This document shows positions 1 through 10,216 of a stretch of 24,000 nt of DNA, piece after piece. Every line of letters begins with the position of its first letter. Position 1 is the stretch's first letter. This DNA is from Alphaproteobacteria bacterium (GTDB taxonomy: Bacteria > Pseudomonadota > Alphaproteobacteria > SMXS01). A model generated the notes under the pieces. The model did not search any database. It worked only from the letters and a program-made list of their open reading frames with translations, and was not told the DNA's origin. The stretch lies in NCBI GenBank assembly GCA_028284945.1, contig JANQQJ010000007.1, forward strand, positions 37,498 to 61,497, in the 5' to 3' direction. Made by a program: the position numbers and the translations under genes.

Positions 1-1131
1 GCTACGCCGCGGCCGGTCGTCCGTATTCAGTTTTTCGATCTTGGCCTGTTCGACCAGCAGGTCGGGCTCAATACCCTCTGCCTGGATCGACCGCCCCGAC
101 GGCGTGTAGTACCGCGCTGTCGTCAACCGCATTGCACCATTATCGCGGCCGAGCGGAATGATCGTCTGGACCGAGCCCTTACCGAAGGATTTGGTGCCGA
201 CAATAATCGCGCGCTTATAATCCTGCAGTGCGCCGGCAACGATCTCGGACGCTGATGCCGACCCACCATTAATCAACACAATCAGTGGCTTACCACCAAT
301 CAGATCGCCACCACGGGCGTGGTAGCGCTGCACATCCTGCGGATCGCGCCCACGGGTTTGCACCACTTCGCCACGGTCAAGAAATGCATCAGACACGGCC
401 ACGGCCTGATCGAGAAGCCCACCGGGGTTGCTGCGCAGATCAAGCACGACACCGTTCATCTCTGGACCGATTTCCTCGGTCAATTCGGCAATCGCCTTTT
501 TCAGCCCAGGTTCGGCTTGCTCGTTGAAGGTCGTGATACGCACATAACCGGTCTTGCCTTCAGCACGGGACCGAATCGACTGGATTTTGATAATGTCGCG
601 GATGATATCGATATCGAACTGTGCGCGCTCCCCCCGCCGGGCGATGGTTACGGTCAGTTTGGTGCCCGGCTCACCACGCATGATGTCGACGGCATCCGAC
701 AGGGTCAGTCCCATGACCGGCTCGCCATCGAGCGCCGTGATGAAGTCACCCGCCTCGACGCCGGCGCGTTCGGCCGGTGTGTCATCGATCGGTGAGATCA
801 CCTTAACGAGGCCATTCTCCATGGTGACTTCAATACCCAGGCCGCCAAACTCCCCTTTGGTCTGGACCTGCATGTCTTCGAACCGTTCGGCGTTCAGAAA
901 GCTTGAATGTGGATCAAGCGAGGTCAGCATGCCGTTGATCGCTGCCTCGATCATCTCGGCATCATCGACTTCCTCGACATAGTTACTGCGAATCCGTGTG
1001 AACACGTCGCTGAACAGGTTCAACTGCCGATAGGTCTCCGACCGGTCGGCAAGCGGTTCAGATACCGGCGTCATGACGATGATACCTGCCAGCGCGGCCA
1101 GGCAAATACTGGCCAAAATTCTCTTTTTCAT
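1..1131 (-). CDS. ctpA: Carboxy-terminal processing protease (S41 family), partial; the C-terminus lies beyond the window start
   Basis: Not in the ORF track because it runs off the window. My own translation from the ATG at 1131..1129 gives MKKRILASICLAALAGIIVMTPVS... (signal peptide). It continues through a PDZ-like segment and the S41 motifs GGSASASEIVAGALQD and TKSFGKGSVQT. Its ATG overlaps the upstream gene's stop (ATGA at 1128-1131). Confidence 0.85.
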   Translation of the reverse strand, partial: MKKRILASICLAALAGIIVMTPVSEPLADRSETYRQLNLFSDVFTRIRSNYVEEVDDAEMIEAAINGMLTSLDPHSSFLNAERFEDMQVQTKGEFGGLGIEVTMENGLVKVISPIDDTPAERAGVEAGDFITALDGEPVMGLTLSDAVDIMRGEPGTKLTVTIARRGERAQFDIDIIRDIIKIQSIRSRAEGKTGYVRITTFNEQAEPGLKKAIAELTEEIGPEMNGVVLDLRSNPGGLLDQAVAVSDAFLDRGEVVQTRGRDPQDVQRYHARGGDLIGGKPLIVLINGGSASASEIVAGALQDYKRAIIVGTKSFGKGSVQTIIPLGRDNGAMRLTTARYYTPSGRSIQAEGIEPDLLVEQAKIEKLNTDDRPRRS

Positions 1132-2327
1132 CCGCTTACCTTTCTGTCGGTCTCGGCGAGCCAGGGCAACGGGTTAATGGACCGTCCGTCCTGCCGCAAC
1201 TCTATATATAGTCTTGGATTGGCGTTGTCCGCCGCACCCTCGACATTTTTCCCCATCTGTCCGATTGGCTCACCTGCCAGGACCCACTGTGACGCCACCA
1301 CGTCGATAACACTCATCCCGGCGAGCAGGCTATGATATCCCTCTCCGTGATCGATGATCAAGAGCAGGCCATAGTCCCGGAACGGCCCGGAAAACACGAC
1401 TTTTCCGTCCCATGGCGCCGTAACCTGGCTTGCAGGCCTGGTCTCGACATAGATGCCTTTTGACGGGCGCCCCGTCGCATCAGGCTGACTGAAACCCCGG
1501 ATAATGCGGCCAGCTGCGGGTAGTGGCAAACTACCCTGCGCCGATGAAAAAGGCAGCGTATCAAGGGGTTCGCCCGTTCCCGCATAGGGATCCAAAGCCG
1601 CTGCAGCGGCCTCTTCCTCCAACTTCTTGATCAACGCCTCCAGCGACTCAGCCTCTTCAGCAAGAACCTGCTGGCGTGACTGTTCGGCAGCGATGTCTTT
1701 CCGCAGCTTTGCCTGACGCGTCTTGCGGTCCGCGACGAGTCCGGCAACGTCGTCCTGACGGGCATCGAGATTGGTCAATTCCGCCTGCAACGCCGCCTGC
1801 TCCTCAGCAATCGACGCCTGCAGCGCCCGCACCACGGTCACCTGCTCGCGCAGCGTCGCAGCCTCACGGGTCAAGTGATCACGCAAATGGTCAAGCAAAA
1901 TCGCTGTCCGCGCCGTGTCGGGAATGCTGGCGGGCCGGAGGATCAGCGCCGCCGTCGGTTGCCGCGACAACAACTGCATTGCAGCTAGTGATTCACTGAG
2001 CTGAATCGATTGTTCCCGCAATGCTGTCGATGCTTCAGCTTCGCGCGCACGCAGCGCCTCTAGGTCTCGCTCCAACGCCGTAATCTCTTCTTCCTGGGCG
2101 CGCAACGCACCAGCGGCCTCAACAAGCTGTTTTTGTAACTGCCGGCGTTCGGCTTCAACCGCGGCTACTTCTTTTTCCAAGCGGGCACGCTCAGCTTCGG
2201 ACTTGGCGATTTCGCCGGTAACAGCTTTCAGCTGATCTTCCGGCGCATTCTCGGCATACGCCGCGCCAGCCGCCGCGGCAAGTACAGCAGCGACGAAGGT
2301 GCATCTGATCAGTCTAGACGCGGGCAC
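1128..2327 (-). CDS. EnvC-like murein hydrolase activator (coiled coil plus degenerate LytM/M23 domain)
   Basis: 399 aa with a GTG start, signal peptide (FVAAVLAAAAGAAYA) and a long Ala/Glu/Leu/Arg-rich coiled coil. The C-terminal M23 fold (IIDHGEGYHSLLAGM...LYIELR) has lost the catalytic HxxxD and HxH histidines, as in EnvC-type activators. Adjacent to ctpA. Confidence 0.8.
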   Translation of the reverse strand: MPASRLIRCTFVAAVLAAAAGAAYAENAPEDQLKAVTGEIAKSEAERARLEKEVAAVEAERRQLQKQLVEAAGALRAQEEEITALERDLEALRAREAEASTALREQSIQLSESLAAMQLLSRQPTAALILRPASIPDTARTAILLDHLRDHLTREAATLREQVTVVRALQASIAEEQAALQAELTNLDARQDDVAGLVADRKTRQAKLRKDIAAEQSRQQVLAEEAESLEALIKKLEEEAAAAALDPYAGTGEPLDTLPFSSAQGSLPLPAAGRIIRGFSQPDATGRPSKGIYVETRPASQVTAPWDGKVVFSGPFRDYGLLLIIDHGEGYHSLLAGMSVIDVVASQWVLAGEPIGQMGKNVEGAADNANPRLYIELRQDGRSINPLPWLAETDRKVSG

Positions 2328-3894
2328 GGACCTCGGCAGTCGTTGCTGCCGATCCCGAAAGCAAGACCAGTGGCGTGCCAGTCATTTCTGCAGGCGCTTT
2401 CAGGCCCATCAGCGACAACAGGGTGGGCGCGACATCCGCCAACCGGCCATCCTTGACCGAAAGCGCCGCCTCAGCCGTCGAAACCAAGATCGGCACCCGG
2501 AATTCGGTATGGGCCGTGTGAGGTTGACCGGTCTCAGGATCGCGCATCATTTCCAGATTACCGTGATCAGCGGTGATCAGCAGCGCACCGCCAGCGGCCC
2601 GCACCGCATCGTCAAGCCGGCCCATACAACGGTCAATGGTCTCCATCGCCGTGATCGCTGCTGACAAAACCCCGGTATGGCCAACCATATCCGGATTGGC
2701 GAAGTTGCAGATGATCAGGTCATAGCTGTTGCTGCCAATCGCCTCGACCAGACGGTCTGTGACCTCACCAGCCGACATTTCTGGCTGCAGATCATAGGTC
2801 GCAACCTTGGGCGACGGCACCAGGATGCGGTCTTCATTGTCGAACACCGCTTCCTCACCGCCATTGAAGAAGAAGGTGACGTGGGCATATTTCTCCGTCT
2901 CGGCGATACGCAATTGGCGCAAGCCCGCATTGGCGACCACTTCGCCCAGCGTGCCCGTCAGCCTTTCCGGCGGGAACATTGCGGGCATCAGGTCTGCAAG
3001 CGCCGAGGAATATTCGACCATCCCTGCCACAGCCGAGAAGTCGATCTGCCGCGCCCGGTTGAACCCATCAAAGACCGGGTCTACCAACGCGGTCAAAATC
3101 TCCCGCGCCCGGTCACCACGGAAATTGGCCATGATCAGTGCATCACCGTCAGCCATGCCGTGATACCCATCAATGACCGCAGGCAGCACGAATTCGTCCG
3201 TGACGTCATCGGCGTAGCTGGCATCGATAGCATCAAGCGCATTCAGTGACGGTGCCCCCTCGCCGTCGACCAGGCCCCGATAGGCAATCTCTACCCTATC
3301 CCAGCGCTTGTCGCGGTCCATGGCGTAGTACCGCCCGGTGATGGTGCCGAAATGAACGTCAGGCAGCACTTCAATCTGCGCCTGAACCTGTTCGAGATAG
3401 TCCCGCGCGCTGGAAGGTGGGGTATCCCGGCCATCCAGGAAAGCATGAATGACCACAGGCACGCCTGCCTCGCTTATAATCCGTGCCAGCGCGACGATAT
3501 GATCCTGATGGGAATGCACGCCGCCAGGTGACAACAGGCCCATAATGTGGGCGCGTCCGTCGCTCGCCTGCACCTTGCCGATCAAATCCTGAAGCACCTT
3601 GTTCTGTACGAGGGCGCCTGAAGCAACCGCATCATCAATGCGCGGCAAATCCTGCTTCACCACGCGGCCACCGCCGAGATTCATATGCCCGACTTCGGAA
3701 TTACCCATCTGACCGGCGGGCAGGCCGACGGCCTCGCCTGAGGTTTCCAGCAATGCATGCGGACAGATCTCAAACAGCCGGTCGAGATTAGGTGTCGCCG
3801 CCAGCGCCCAGGCATTGTCCTGGGACTCCGGGCGAAAGCCCCATCCATCTAGAATACAAAGCACTGCAGGCCGCATGGTTCTATCCGTGTTCAC
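2314..3894 (-). CDS. gpmI: 2,3-bisphosphoglycerate-independent phosphoglycerate mutase
   Basis: 526 aa with the characteristic N-terminus (VLCILDGWGF...QDNA), NSEVGHMNLG, and C-terminal ITADHGN plus HT..VP. The ORF starts at GTG 3894; ATG 3876 is an alternative start. Confidence 0.93.
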   Translation of the reverse strand: MNTDRTMRPAVLCILDGWGFRPESQDNAWALAATPNLDRLFEICPHALLETSGEAVGLPAGQMGNSEVGHMNLGGGRVVKQDLPRIDDAVASGALVQNKVLQDLIGKVQASDGRAHIMGLLSPGGVHSHQDHIVALARIISEAGVPVVIHAFLDGRDTPPSSARDYLEQVQAQIEVLPDVHFGTITGRYYAMDRDKRWDRVEIAYRGLVDGEGAPSLNALDAIDASYADDVTDEFVLPAVIDGYHGMADGDALIMANFRGDRAREILTALVDPVFDGFNRARQIDFSAVAGMVEYSSALADLMPAMFPPERLTGTLGEVVANAGLRQLRIAETEKYAHVTFFFNGGEEAVFDNEDRILVPSPKVATYDLQPEMSAGEVTDRLVEAIGSNSYDLIICNFANPDMVGHTGVLSAAITAMETIDRCMGRLDDAVRAAGGALLITADHGNLEMMRDPETGQPHTAHTEFRVPILVSTAEAALSVKDGRLADVAPTLLSLMGLKAPAEMTGTPLVLLSGSAATTAEVRARV

Positions 3895-3927
3895 TCAAAG
3901 GCGTTGTGCGGGTCTAAATAGCACTTC

Positions 3928-4386
3928 TCAGCCACGATGGTAGGGGTGACCGGTACTAATGCTCCAGGCCCGATAAAGCTGTTCGGCCAGCATAGCGCGC
4001 GCCAGCATGTGGGGCCATGTCAGTTTTCCCAAGGACAGCAAGGCATTAGAGCGTTCCCGGACCGCGTCTCCATGGCCATCAGCCCCGCCGATCACGAAAG
4101 CGACAGGACGAGCACCTGCATCGCTCCATTCGGTTAACTGGGCAGCAAATTGGCGGCTGTCGTAGGACTTGCCCCGTTCATCCATCGCCACCAGAAAGGC
4201 ACGGTCCGGTGTTTTGGCCAGAAGCAACTCTCCTTCCCGGCGCTGCAGGGACACTGAATCGAGCTTGCGCTTTTCCTCCACCTCGATCACGTCAAGGCGC
4301 CAGGGAAGTCGTTTACTGTATTCCTTTATGAGATCCTGCTCCGGGCCGGATCTCGCCCGGCCCACGGCAATGATGGTCAAATTCAT
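3928..4386 (-). CDS. rlmH: 23S rRNA (pseudouridine1915-N3)-methyltransferase RlmH
   Basis: SPOUT-type sequence MNLTIIAVGR...FVIGGADG...LSLGKLTWPH. I start it at ATG 4386, 7 nt after the rsfS stop, not at the longer ORF-track start 4431, which would overlap rsfS. Confidence 0.9.
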   Translation of the reverse strand: MNLTIIAVGRARSGPEQDLIKEYSKRLPWRLDVIEVEEKRKLDSVSLQRREGELLLAKTPDRAFLVAMDERGKSYDSRQFAAQLTEWSDAGARPVAFVIGGADGHGDAVRERSNALLSLGKLTWPHMLARAMLAEQLYRAWSISTGHPYHRG

Positions 4387-4393
4387 CTGACGG

Positions 4394-4780
4394 TCAGGAC
4401 GCCGCGCCAACCTCGTCGGGCGCGTCGTCATTGGTCAGGCCCGGCGCCCACATCCGTTCCAGATTATAAAATTCACGAACTTCCGGCCGGAACAGGTGAA
4501 CAATCACGTCACCGACATCCAGCAATACCCAGTCTGCCGCGGGCAGGCCTTCGACCTTGATGCCCTTGTGACCGGCTTCCTTGAGCCGCTCCACCAGATG
4601 ATCCGCTGTAGACGCGACATGACGCTGCGATCGCCCGCTGGCAATCAACATGAAGTCCGCCAAACTGGATTTTCCCTGTAGATCAATGACGACGATGTCA
4701 GAAGCTTGATCATCGTCCAGAGACTGATAAATCAGCGACGCAAGCGGGTCGCTGATCGTCGTTTCTCGGTCGGTACTAAT
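4394..4780 (-). CDS. rsfS: Ribosomal silencing factor RsfS; the 5' boundary is uncertain because no canonical start precedes the conserved N-terminus
   Basis: The ORF-track version (4394..4663, TTG start) begins inside the conserved core (...DIVVIDLQGKSS|LADFMLIASGRSQRHV...ADWVLLDVGDVIVHLF). Homology continues upstream in frame to the nadD stop at 4781-4783. See the finding on this junction. Confidence 0.75.
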   Translation of the reverse strand: MSTDRETTISDPLASLIYQSLDDDQASDIVVIDLQGKSSLADFMLIASGRSQRHVASTADHLVERLKEAGHKGIKVEGLPAADWVLLDVGDVIVHLFRPEVREFYNLERMWAPGLTNDDAPDEVGAAS

Positions 4781-5461
4781 TCAAACCGCTCCTTGTTTGG
4801 ACCCGGCAGCCCGAATCGCCGTCGCCGAGGTCGCATCATGCCGATAGTGAATAAACGTCCAGGCTGGTGGCCACATGTCGGCCAGTTCCCGAGCACGCTG
4901 TGCTGGAACGCGACTTCGTGCAAAACACCGGGCCGCTTTACTGGACATTGCCGCCAAAGAATATGTCGGACGGCCAAAAATCGCAACGGGTGTCAGGTTA
5001 AAGATATCTTTCCACCGCCGCCACTTTGGGATCTGCGCCATATTGTCCGCTCCCATCAGCCAGACAAACCGTGTGGTAGGAAACCTGTCGACAAGGGTAG
5101 CAAGCGTGTCTGCCGTATAGCGGGTTCCCAGCCGTGTTTCGATATCCGTCACCCGAATGCGGTGGTTGCCTAAGACAGCACGCGCGCCTGCCATCCGGTC
5201 AGCCAGCGGCGCCATATCCACCGCCTTCTTCAGCGGATTTTGCGGCGAAACCAGCCACCAGACCTCGTCCAAATCCAAATGCCGCAGCGCCTGGCGGGAT
5301 ATCATCAGATGTCCCTGATGCGCCGGGTTAAACGAGCCACCAAGCAATCCGATGCGCCGTCCCGTCCAGATCGGCGACAGAGGGTTGATGTGCTGTCCGG
5401 CACGCAAGATCAGGTGCGGCCACCCCTTAAGGGCGAACCTGCCCCTCGCCCCTGACGACAT
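4781..5461 (-). CDS. nadD: Nicotinate-nucleotide adenylyltransferase
   Basis: [14 protein letters not shown] (HxGH nucleotidyltransferase motif) and a conserved C-terminal region. ATG 5461 overlaps the proA 3' end by 35 nt. TTG 5407 is a non-overlapping alternative start. Confidence 0.88.
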   Translation of the reverse strand: MSSGARGRFALKGWPHLILRAGQHINPLSPIWTGRRIGLLGGSFNPAHQGHLMISRQALRHLDLDEVWWLVSPQNPLKKAVDMAPLADRMAGARAVLGNHRIRVTDIETRLGTRYTADTLATLVDRFPTTRFVWLMGADNMAQIPKWRRWKDIFNLTPVAIFGRPTYSLAAMSSKAARCFARSRVPAQRARELADMWPPAWTFIHYRHDATSATAIRAAGSKQGAV

Positions 5462-6713
5462 ATTTGAAGCTGGTCAGTTGCTCCACGCCGACAGGTCCAC
5501 GGGCATGCAATTTGCCAGTTGAGATGCCGATTTCGGCACCCATACCGAACTCACCACCATCAGCGAACTGAGTCGACGTATTGTGCATCAGAATTGCCGA
5601 ACCGACCTCGTTCAGGAAACGCGCCGCTGCTTCCGCATCCTCCGTGACAATGGCTTCGGTATGCGCCGAGCCATAGGCCGCGATGTGGTCCATCGCCTCG
5701 TCAATCCCGGCGACGGTTTTCACCGACAAAATGGCGTCCAGATATTCGGTGCCCCAATCCTCTTCGCTGGCCGGCTTGATGCGCGAATCCGCAGCACATG
5801 CCTCTGCATCGCCACGCAGCTCGCACCCTGCTTCGACCAGGTCATCGACAATAGGCGTCAGATGAGTGGATAAGACGTCACGGTCGATAATCAGCGTTTC
5901 CATCGCGCCGCAGATGCCAGTTCGGCGCATCTTGGCATTGAGCGCGATTGCGCGTGCCCTTTCCAGATCAGCCGCCGCATGAATATAGGTATGGCAAATG
6001 CCATCCAGATGCGCGAACACAGGCACACGGGCCTCGTTCTGAACCCGCTCTACCAGCGACCGGCCGCCACGCGGCACGACAACATCAATGGTGCCCGCCA
6101 TCCGCAGCATCGCGCCAACCGCCTCCCGGTCCTGGGTCGGCACCAGCTGGATCGCGGCAGCAGGCAGATCGGCAGCCGCGAGACCGTCGGCCAGGCAGGC
6201 CATAATCGCATGATTGGAATGATAGGCTTCGGTGCCGCCCCGCAGGATTGCGGCATTACCCGCTTTCAAACATAGGGCGCCCGCATCCGCGGTCACATTG
6301 GGCCGCGATTCATAGATGATGCCGATAACACCCAGCGGCACGCGTACGCGCGAAATCTGCAGTTTGTTGGGGCGGGACCATTCGTCCATGACAGCACCCA
6401 CAGGATCGTCGAGCGCTGCAATCTGCTCCAATCCAGTCGCCATGCCTTCGATCCGGTCTTCATTAAGCTTGAGCCGATCAAGTAATGCCGAGCTGAGCCC
6501 GCGCTGTTCCGCTGATGACATGTCACGCGCATTGGCGGCCAAAATGTCGGCAGTTTGCGATCGAATGGCTTGGGCAGCCGCCAAAAGCGCGTCGTTCTTT
6601 TTTTCCGTCGGCGTGTAGGCAAGCTCGCGGGCCGCTGCCTGGGCGGCATCGCCCAACCCTTGCATCAACTCTTCGATGGATTGTTCGGTTTCCGTCGCAA
6701 CCGTGCTCATCAC
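5427..6713 (-). CDS. proA: Gamma-glutamyl phosphate reductase
   Basis: 428 aa aldehyde-dehydrogenase-fold protein carrying [17 protein letters not shown] and the catalytic-Cys region [13 protein letters not shown]. Lies immediately downstream of proB. Confidence 0.95.
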   Translation of the reverse strand: MMSTVATETEQSIEELMQGLGDAAQAAARELAYTPTEKKNDALLAAAQAIRSQTADILAANARDMSSAEQRGLSSALLDRLKLNEDRIEGMATGLEQIAALDDPVGAVMDEWSRPNKLQISRVRVPLGVIGIIYESRPNVTADAGALCLKAGNAAILRGGTEAYHSNHAIMACLADGLAAADLPAAAIQLVPTQDREAVGAMLRMAGTIDVVVPRGGRSLVERVQNEARVPVFAHLDGICHTYIHAAADLERARAIALNAKMRRTGICGAMETLIIDRDVLSTHLTPIVDDLVEAGCELRGDAEACAADSRIKPASEEDWGTEYLDAILSVKTVAGIDEAMDHIAAYGSAHTEAIVTEDAEAAARFLNEVGSAILMHNTSTQFADGGEFGMGAEIGISTGKLHARGPVGVEQLTSFKYVVRGEGQVRP

Positions 6714-6720
6714 GCTCTCC

Positions 6721-7833
6721 TTACAACAACACCAGGTGGTCCCGGTGGATCAACTCGCCGCGCCCGCGATAGCCCAGAATAGCTTCTATTTCATCGCTGT
6801 GCCGACCGATTATGCGTTCGGCGTCGCCCGCCGCATAGGCGACCAGGCCGCGGGCCAGTTCACGGCCGTCCTGGCTTTCAACCGTCACGGGGTCACCCCG
6901 CTCAAACTGACCTCTGATTCCACAGACTCCCGCAGGCAAAAGGCTCTTGCCGTCCCCGAGCGCCCGTTCAGCGCCGGAATCGACCACCAACACACCGCTG
7001 GGGTTGAGCGCCCCGGCAAGCCACTGCTTGCGCATGGATGCTGCGCTTCCTGATGCTTCGAACCAGGTGCCGATACCATTTTCTGAATATCGCTGAAGCG
7101 GGCGATCATGCACGCCGCTGACGATCAGCACCTGACAGCCCGACGCAGTCGCAATTTTCGCGGCAGCAATCTTCGTCACCATCCCGCCGGAACCGACCCC
7201 AACAGCCTTGGGCGCACCGGCCATCGCCTCGATCTCCGGCGTGATCTCGGCGACATGGTCAATCAGGGCAGCGTTTGCCTCAACGGGATCGCGTTCATAG
7301 AGCCCATCGACATCGGATAGAATGACCAAACAGTCAGCCGACATCATCTGTGCAACCCGCGCCGCCAACCGGTCATTGTCGCCATAGCGGATTTCGCTGG
7401 TGGCGACAGTATCGTTTTCGTTGATCACCGGCACCGCACGCATCCGCAGCAACGCATCCACCGTGTCACGCGCATTGAGATAACGGCGTCGGGTTTCCGT
7501 ATCGTCCAGCGTCAAAAGAACCTGGGCCACGGTCAGTCCCTGTTCCCCCAGGATGGCCTCATAGGCATGGGCCAGCCTGATTTGGCCAACCGCCGCAGCT
7601 GCCTGTACATCCGAGAGCCGCTGGCGGCTGAACTCCGCACCCAGGTGGCCCGCGCCCAGCGCGACAGCCCCCGACGAGACCAGAACAATGTCGACGTCTT
7701 GCCGGTGCAACGCGGCAATATCCTGCGCCAGGCCTGTAAGCCAGTCTTCGCGCAAGGCACCGCCCTCATCCACCAGCAGGGACGAGCCGACTTTGATAAC
7801 AACACGGCGTGCCTGTGAAAGGTCGTAGGCCAT
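6721..7833 (-). CDS. proB: Glutamate 5-kinase (with C-terminal PUA domain)
   Basis: 370 aa with [37 protein letters not shown] and a C-terminal PUA-like region. Confidence 0.95.
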   Translation of the reverse strand: MAYDLSQARRVVIKVGSSLLVDEGGALREDWLTGLAQDIAALHRQDVDIVLVSSGAVALGAGHLGAEFSRQRLSDVQAAAAVGQIRLAHAYEAILGEQGLTVAQVLLTLDDTETRRRYLNARDTVDALLRMRAVPVINENDTVATSEIRYGDNDRLAARVAQMMSADCLVILSDVDGLYERDPVEANAALIDHVAEITPEIEAMAGAPKAVGVGSGGMVTKIAAAKIATASGCQVLIVSGVHDRPLQRYSENGIGTWFEASGSAASMRKQWLAGALNPSGVLVVDSGAERALGDGKSLLPAGVCGIRGQFERGDPVTVESQDGRELARGLVAYAAGDAERIIGRHSDEIEAILGYRGRGELIHRDHLVLL

Positions 7834-7835
7834 GG

Positions 7836-8876
7836 CTATACCGGCTGCCAGGACCCTGCGGTCTCCTCCACCGCAGGATCTTCGTCTCGCACAGGGTCAA
7901 TTTCAGCGCGCAAAGCACGCAGCACCGCCACGACGCCATCGCCCGAAACAGCAGACAGTTTCATCACCGGGCGCCCGCTTTCAGCGGCCAGGCTTTCAGC
8001 CTTTTCCGCCGCTTCTTCATCGCTGAGAGCATCGCATTTGTTCAGGCCCACTAACTCGATCTTGTCGCCCAGCACATCGCCATAGGCGTCAAGTTCATTG
8101 CGCACGGTCCGATAGGACGACGCGACATCGTCTTCGGTCCCATCGACAAGATGCAGGAGAACCCTGCACCGTTCGACATGACCGAGAAACCGGGTGCCGA
8201 GCCCTGTGCCTTCATGCGCCCCTTCGATCAGGCCGGGGATATCGGCCATGACGAATTCTGCATCATCGACACCGACGACGCCCAGATTGGGCACCAGCGT
8301 CGTGAAAGGATAATCGGCAATCTTGGGCCGCGCCCGGCTGACGGCGGCGAGGAACGATGACTTGCCCGCATTGGGCAGACCAACCAGCCCGGCATCGGCA
8401 ATCAGTTTCAGCCGAAGCCAGACCCACATCTCCTGACCCGGCAGACCCGGATTGGCATGGCGGGGCGCCTGATTGGTTGAGGTCTTGAAATGCGCATTTC
8501 CGAAGCCGCCATTGCCGCCTTTCAGCAGCCGCACGCGCTGGCCCACCCGCGTAAGGTCCGCCAACAGGGTTTCCTTGTCCTCTTCGAAAATCTGAGTACC
8601 GACAGGCACTTTCAGCACCGCATCTTTGCCGCTGGGCCCGCTGCGGTTGCTGCCCGCGCCGGGGACGCCGCTGCCGGCCTTGTAGTGCTGGCGGTAGCGG
8701 TAATCGATTAGGGTGTTCAGGCCTTCCACCGCTTCGACATAGACGTCACCGCCCTTGCCGCCGTCGCCGCCATTGGGGCCGCCGAACTCAACATATTTTT
8801 CCCGGCGGAACGCAATGCACCCATTGCCGCCATTGCCGCTGCGCAGATAGATCTTGCACTCGTCGAGAAATTTCAT
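7836..8876 (-). CDS. obgE: GTPase Obg/CgtA
   Basis: 346 aa. It has the MKFLDE...GGNGGNGC..FRREK glycine-rich Obg fold, followed by G motifs [18 protein letters not shown] and NKCD. Confidence 0.95.
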   Translation of the reverse strand: MKFLDECKIYLRSGNGGNGCIAFRREKYVEFGGPNGGDGGKGGDVYVEAVEGLNTLIDYRYRQHYKAGSGVPGAGSNRSGPSGKDAVLKVPVGTQIFEEDKETLLADLTRVGQRVRLLKGGNGGFGNAHFKTSTNQAPRHANPGLPGQEMWVWLRLKLIADAGLVGLPNAGKSSFLAAVSRARPKIADYPFTTLVPNLGVVGVDDAEFVMADIPGLIEGAHEGTGLGTRFLGHVERCRVLLHLVDGTEDDVASSYRTVRNELDAYGDVLGDKIELVGLNKCDALSDEEAAEKAESLAAESGRPVMKLSAVSGDGVVAVLRALRAEIDPVRDEDPAVEETAGSWQPV

Positions 8877-8894
8877 GGTTCAGTGTTTGCGCTT

Positions 8895-8930
8895 CAAAAA
8901 CGAAAAAAGGGGAATGGCCGTCCATTCCCC
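8895..8930 (-). terminator. Rho-independent terminator downstream of rpmA
   Basis: Perfect 9-bp stem GGGGAATGG/CCATTCCCC (8909-8917 and 8922-8930) with a 4-nt loop. On the minus strand it is followed by TTTTTTCGTTTTTG. Confidence 0.6.
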
Positions 8931-8975
8931 TTCAATCAACTCTGTATGGGCGGCGCGGACGGCCAGCAGATCAGG

Positions 8976-9239
8976 TTACTCCGCCGGCAACGGCTCCACA
9001 CCCACATATTGGCGGCCACCGCGGCCAACCGTAAATTTCACATTGCCCTCGGCAACGGCAAAAATCGTGTGGTCCTTACCGATGCCGACATTCTCGCCCG
9101 GATGCCACTTGGTGCCCCGTTGGCGAATGATGATATTGCCGGGAATGACGTGCTCGCCACCGAACTTCTTGACGCCAAGACGGCGGCCAATGGTATCGCG
9201 GCCGTTCCTGGAACTACCGCCTGCTTTTTTATGGGCCAT
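8976..9239 (-). CDS. rpmA: 50S ribosomal protein L27
   Basis: 87 aa: [29 protein letters not shown]... Confidence 0.97.
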   Translation of the reverse strand: MAHKKAGGSSRNGRDTIGRRLGVKKFGGEHVIPGNIIIRQRGTKWHPGENVGIGKDHTIFAVAEGNVKFTVGRGGRQYVGVEPLPAE

Positions 9240-9241
9240 TT

Positions 9242-9649
9242 CTATTCCTCCGTGCTAGCGGGTGCATCATCCGCCGCTGCTGCTTCTTCTGGGGCAGGCG
9301 CCGGCTCAGCCTTTGCCTTCGCAGCCTTCTTCTTTCCACCACCGGCAACGTCGGTCACACGCAGAACCGTAATGTCCTGACGATGCCCGGCCTTGCGGCG
9401 ATAATTGTGGCGGCGCTTCTTCTTGAACACCACGATCTTGTCGGCGCGGCCCTGTTCCAGAACCTCTGCGGTTACCGCGGCGCCATCGACCAGGGGGGAG
9501 CCCACGGTGACACTCTCGCCTTCACCGACCATCAACACATTATCGAGTGTGATGGAATCGCCAGCTTCACCAGCCAGCTTCTCAACCTTGATCACGTCAC
9601 CAGCGGAAACCCGGTATTGTTTGCCGCCTGTCTTCACTACTGCGAACAT
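9242..9649 (-). CDS. rplU: 50S ribosomal protein L21 (with Ala/Pro/Glu-rich C-terminal tail)
   Basis: [25 protein letters not shown]... starts at ATG 9649. The ORF-track version (to 9955) is an artefactual upstream extension that reads through the tRNA-Ser locus. Confidence 0.95.
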   Translation of the reverse strand: MFAVVKTGGKQYRVSAGDVIKVEKLAGEAGDSITLDNVLMVGEGESVTVGSPLVDGAAVTAEVLEQGRADKIVVFKKKRRHNYRRKAGHRQDITVLRVTDVAGGGKKKAAKAKAEPAPAPEEAAAADDAPASTEE

Positions 9650-9737
9650 TATCTTGCTTTCCGTTATGCGGGAGCCATATCCACCTATTGGCACAGGAAA
9701 AAGGTTTCCCGCGGGCCCTGCCGCCGAAAGAGCGCGC

Positions 9738-9765
9738 AATATAGCGGCTCGCCCCTCCAAGTCAA
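9738..9765 (-). promoter_or_regulatory. Candidate sigma70-type promoter for rplU-rpmA
   Basis: Minus strand reads TTGACT (9765-9760), a 16-nt spacer, then TATATT (9743-9738), about 85 nt upstream of the rplU ATG. Confidence 0.4.
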
Positions 9766-9864
9766 CAATTGCAGCACCCGTTTTTAGAGGGCCGGGATTT
9801 ACTTTGCAGCACACCGTGGTTATGGTCCGCGCCGCCCAAACTCGACCGGGTTTTGAGCCCCTGC

Positions 9865-10130
<266 letters not shown>

Positions 10131-10216
10131 ATAGTGTCCGCATCGATGTCGAGCTCTCGGAGCCTAGATCCAGGCCTTGGTACTATATCTGGCGACCGCT
10201 TGAATGCCTGGTTCAC

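Noticed and set aside
3928-4431. The longer rlmH ORF (167 aa) starting at 4431
   Set aside because: The first 15 residues (MTTRPTRLARRPDRQ) overlap the rsfS 3' end and are not part of the SPOUT fold. ATG 4386 yields the canonical MNLTIIAVGR N-terminus.
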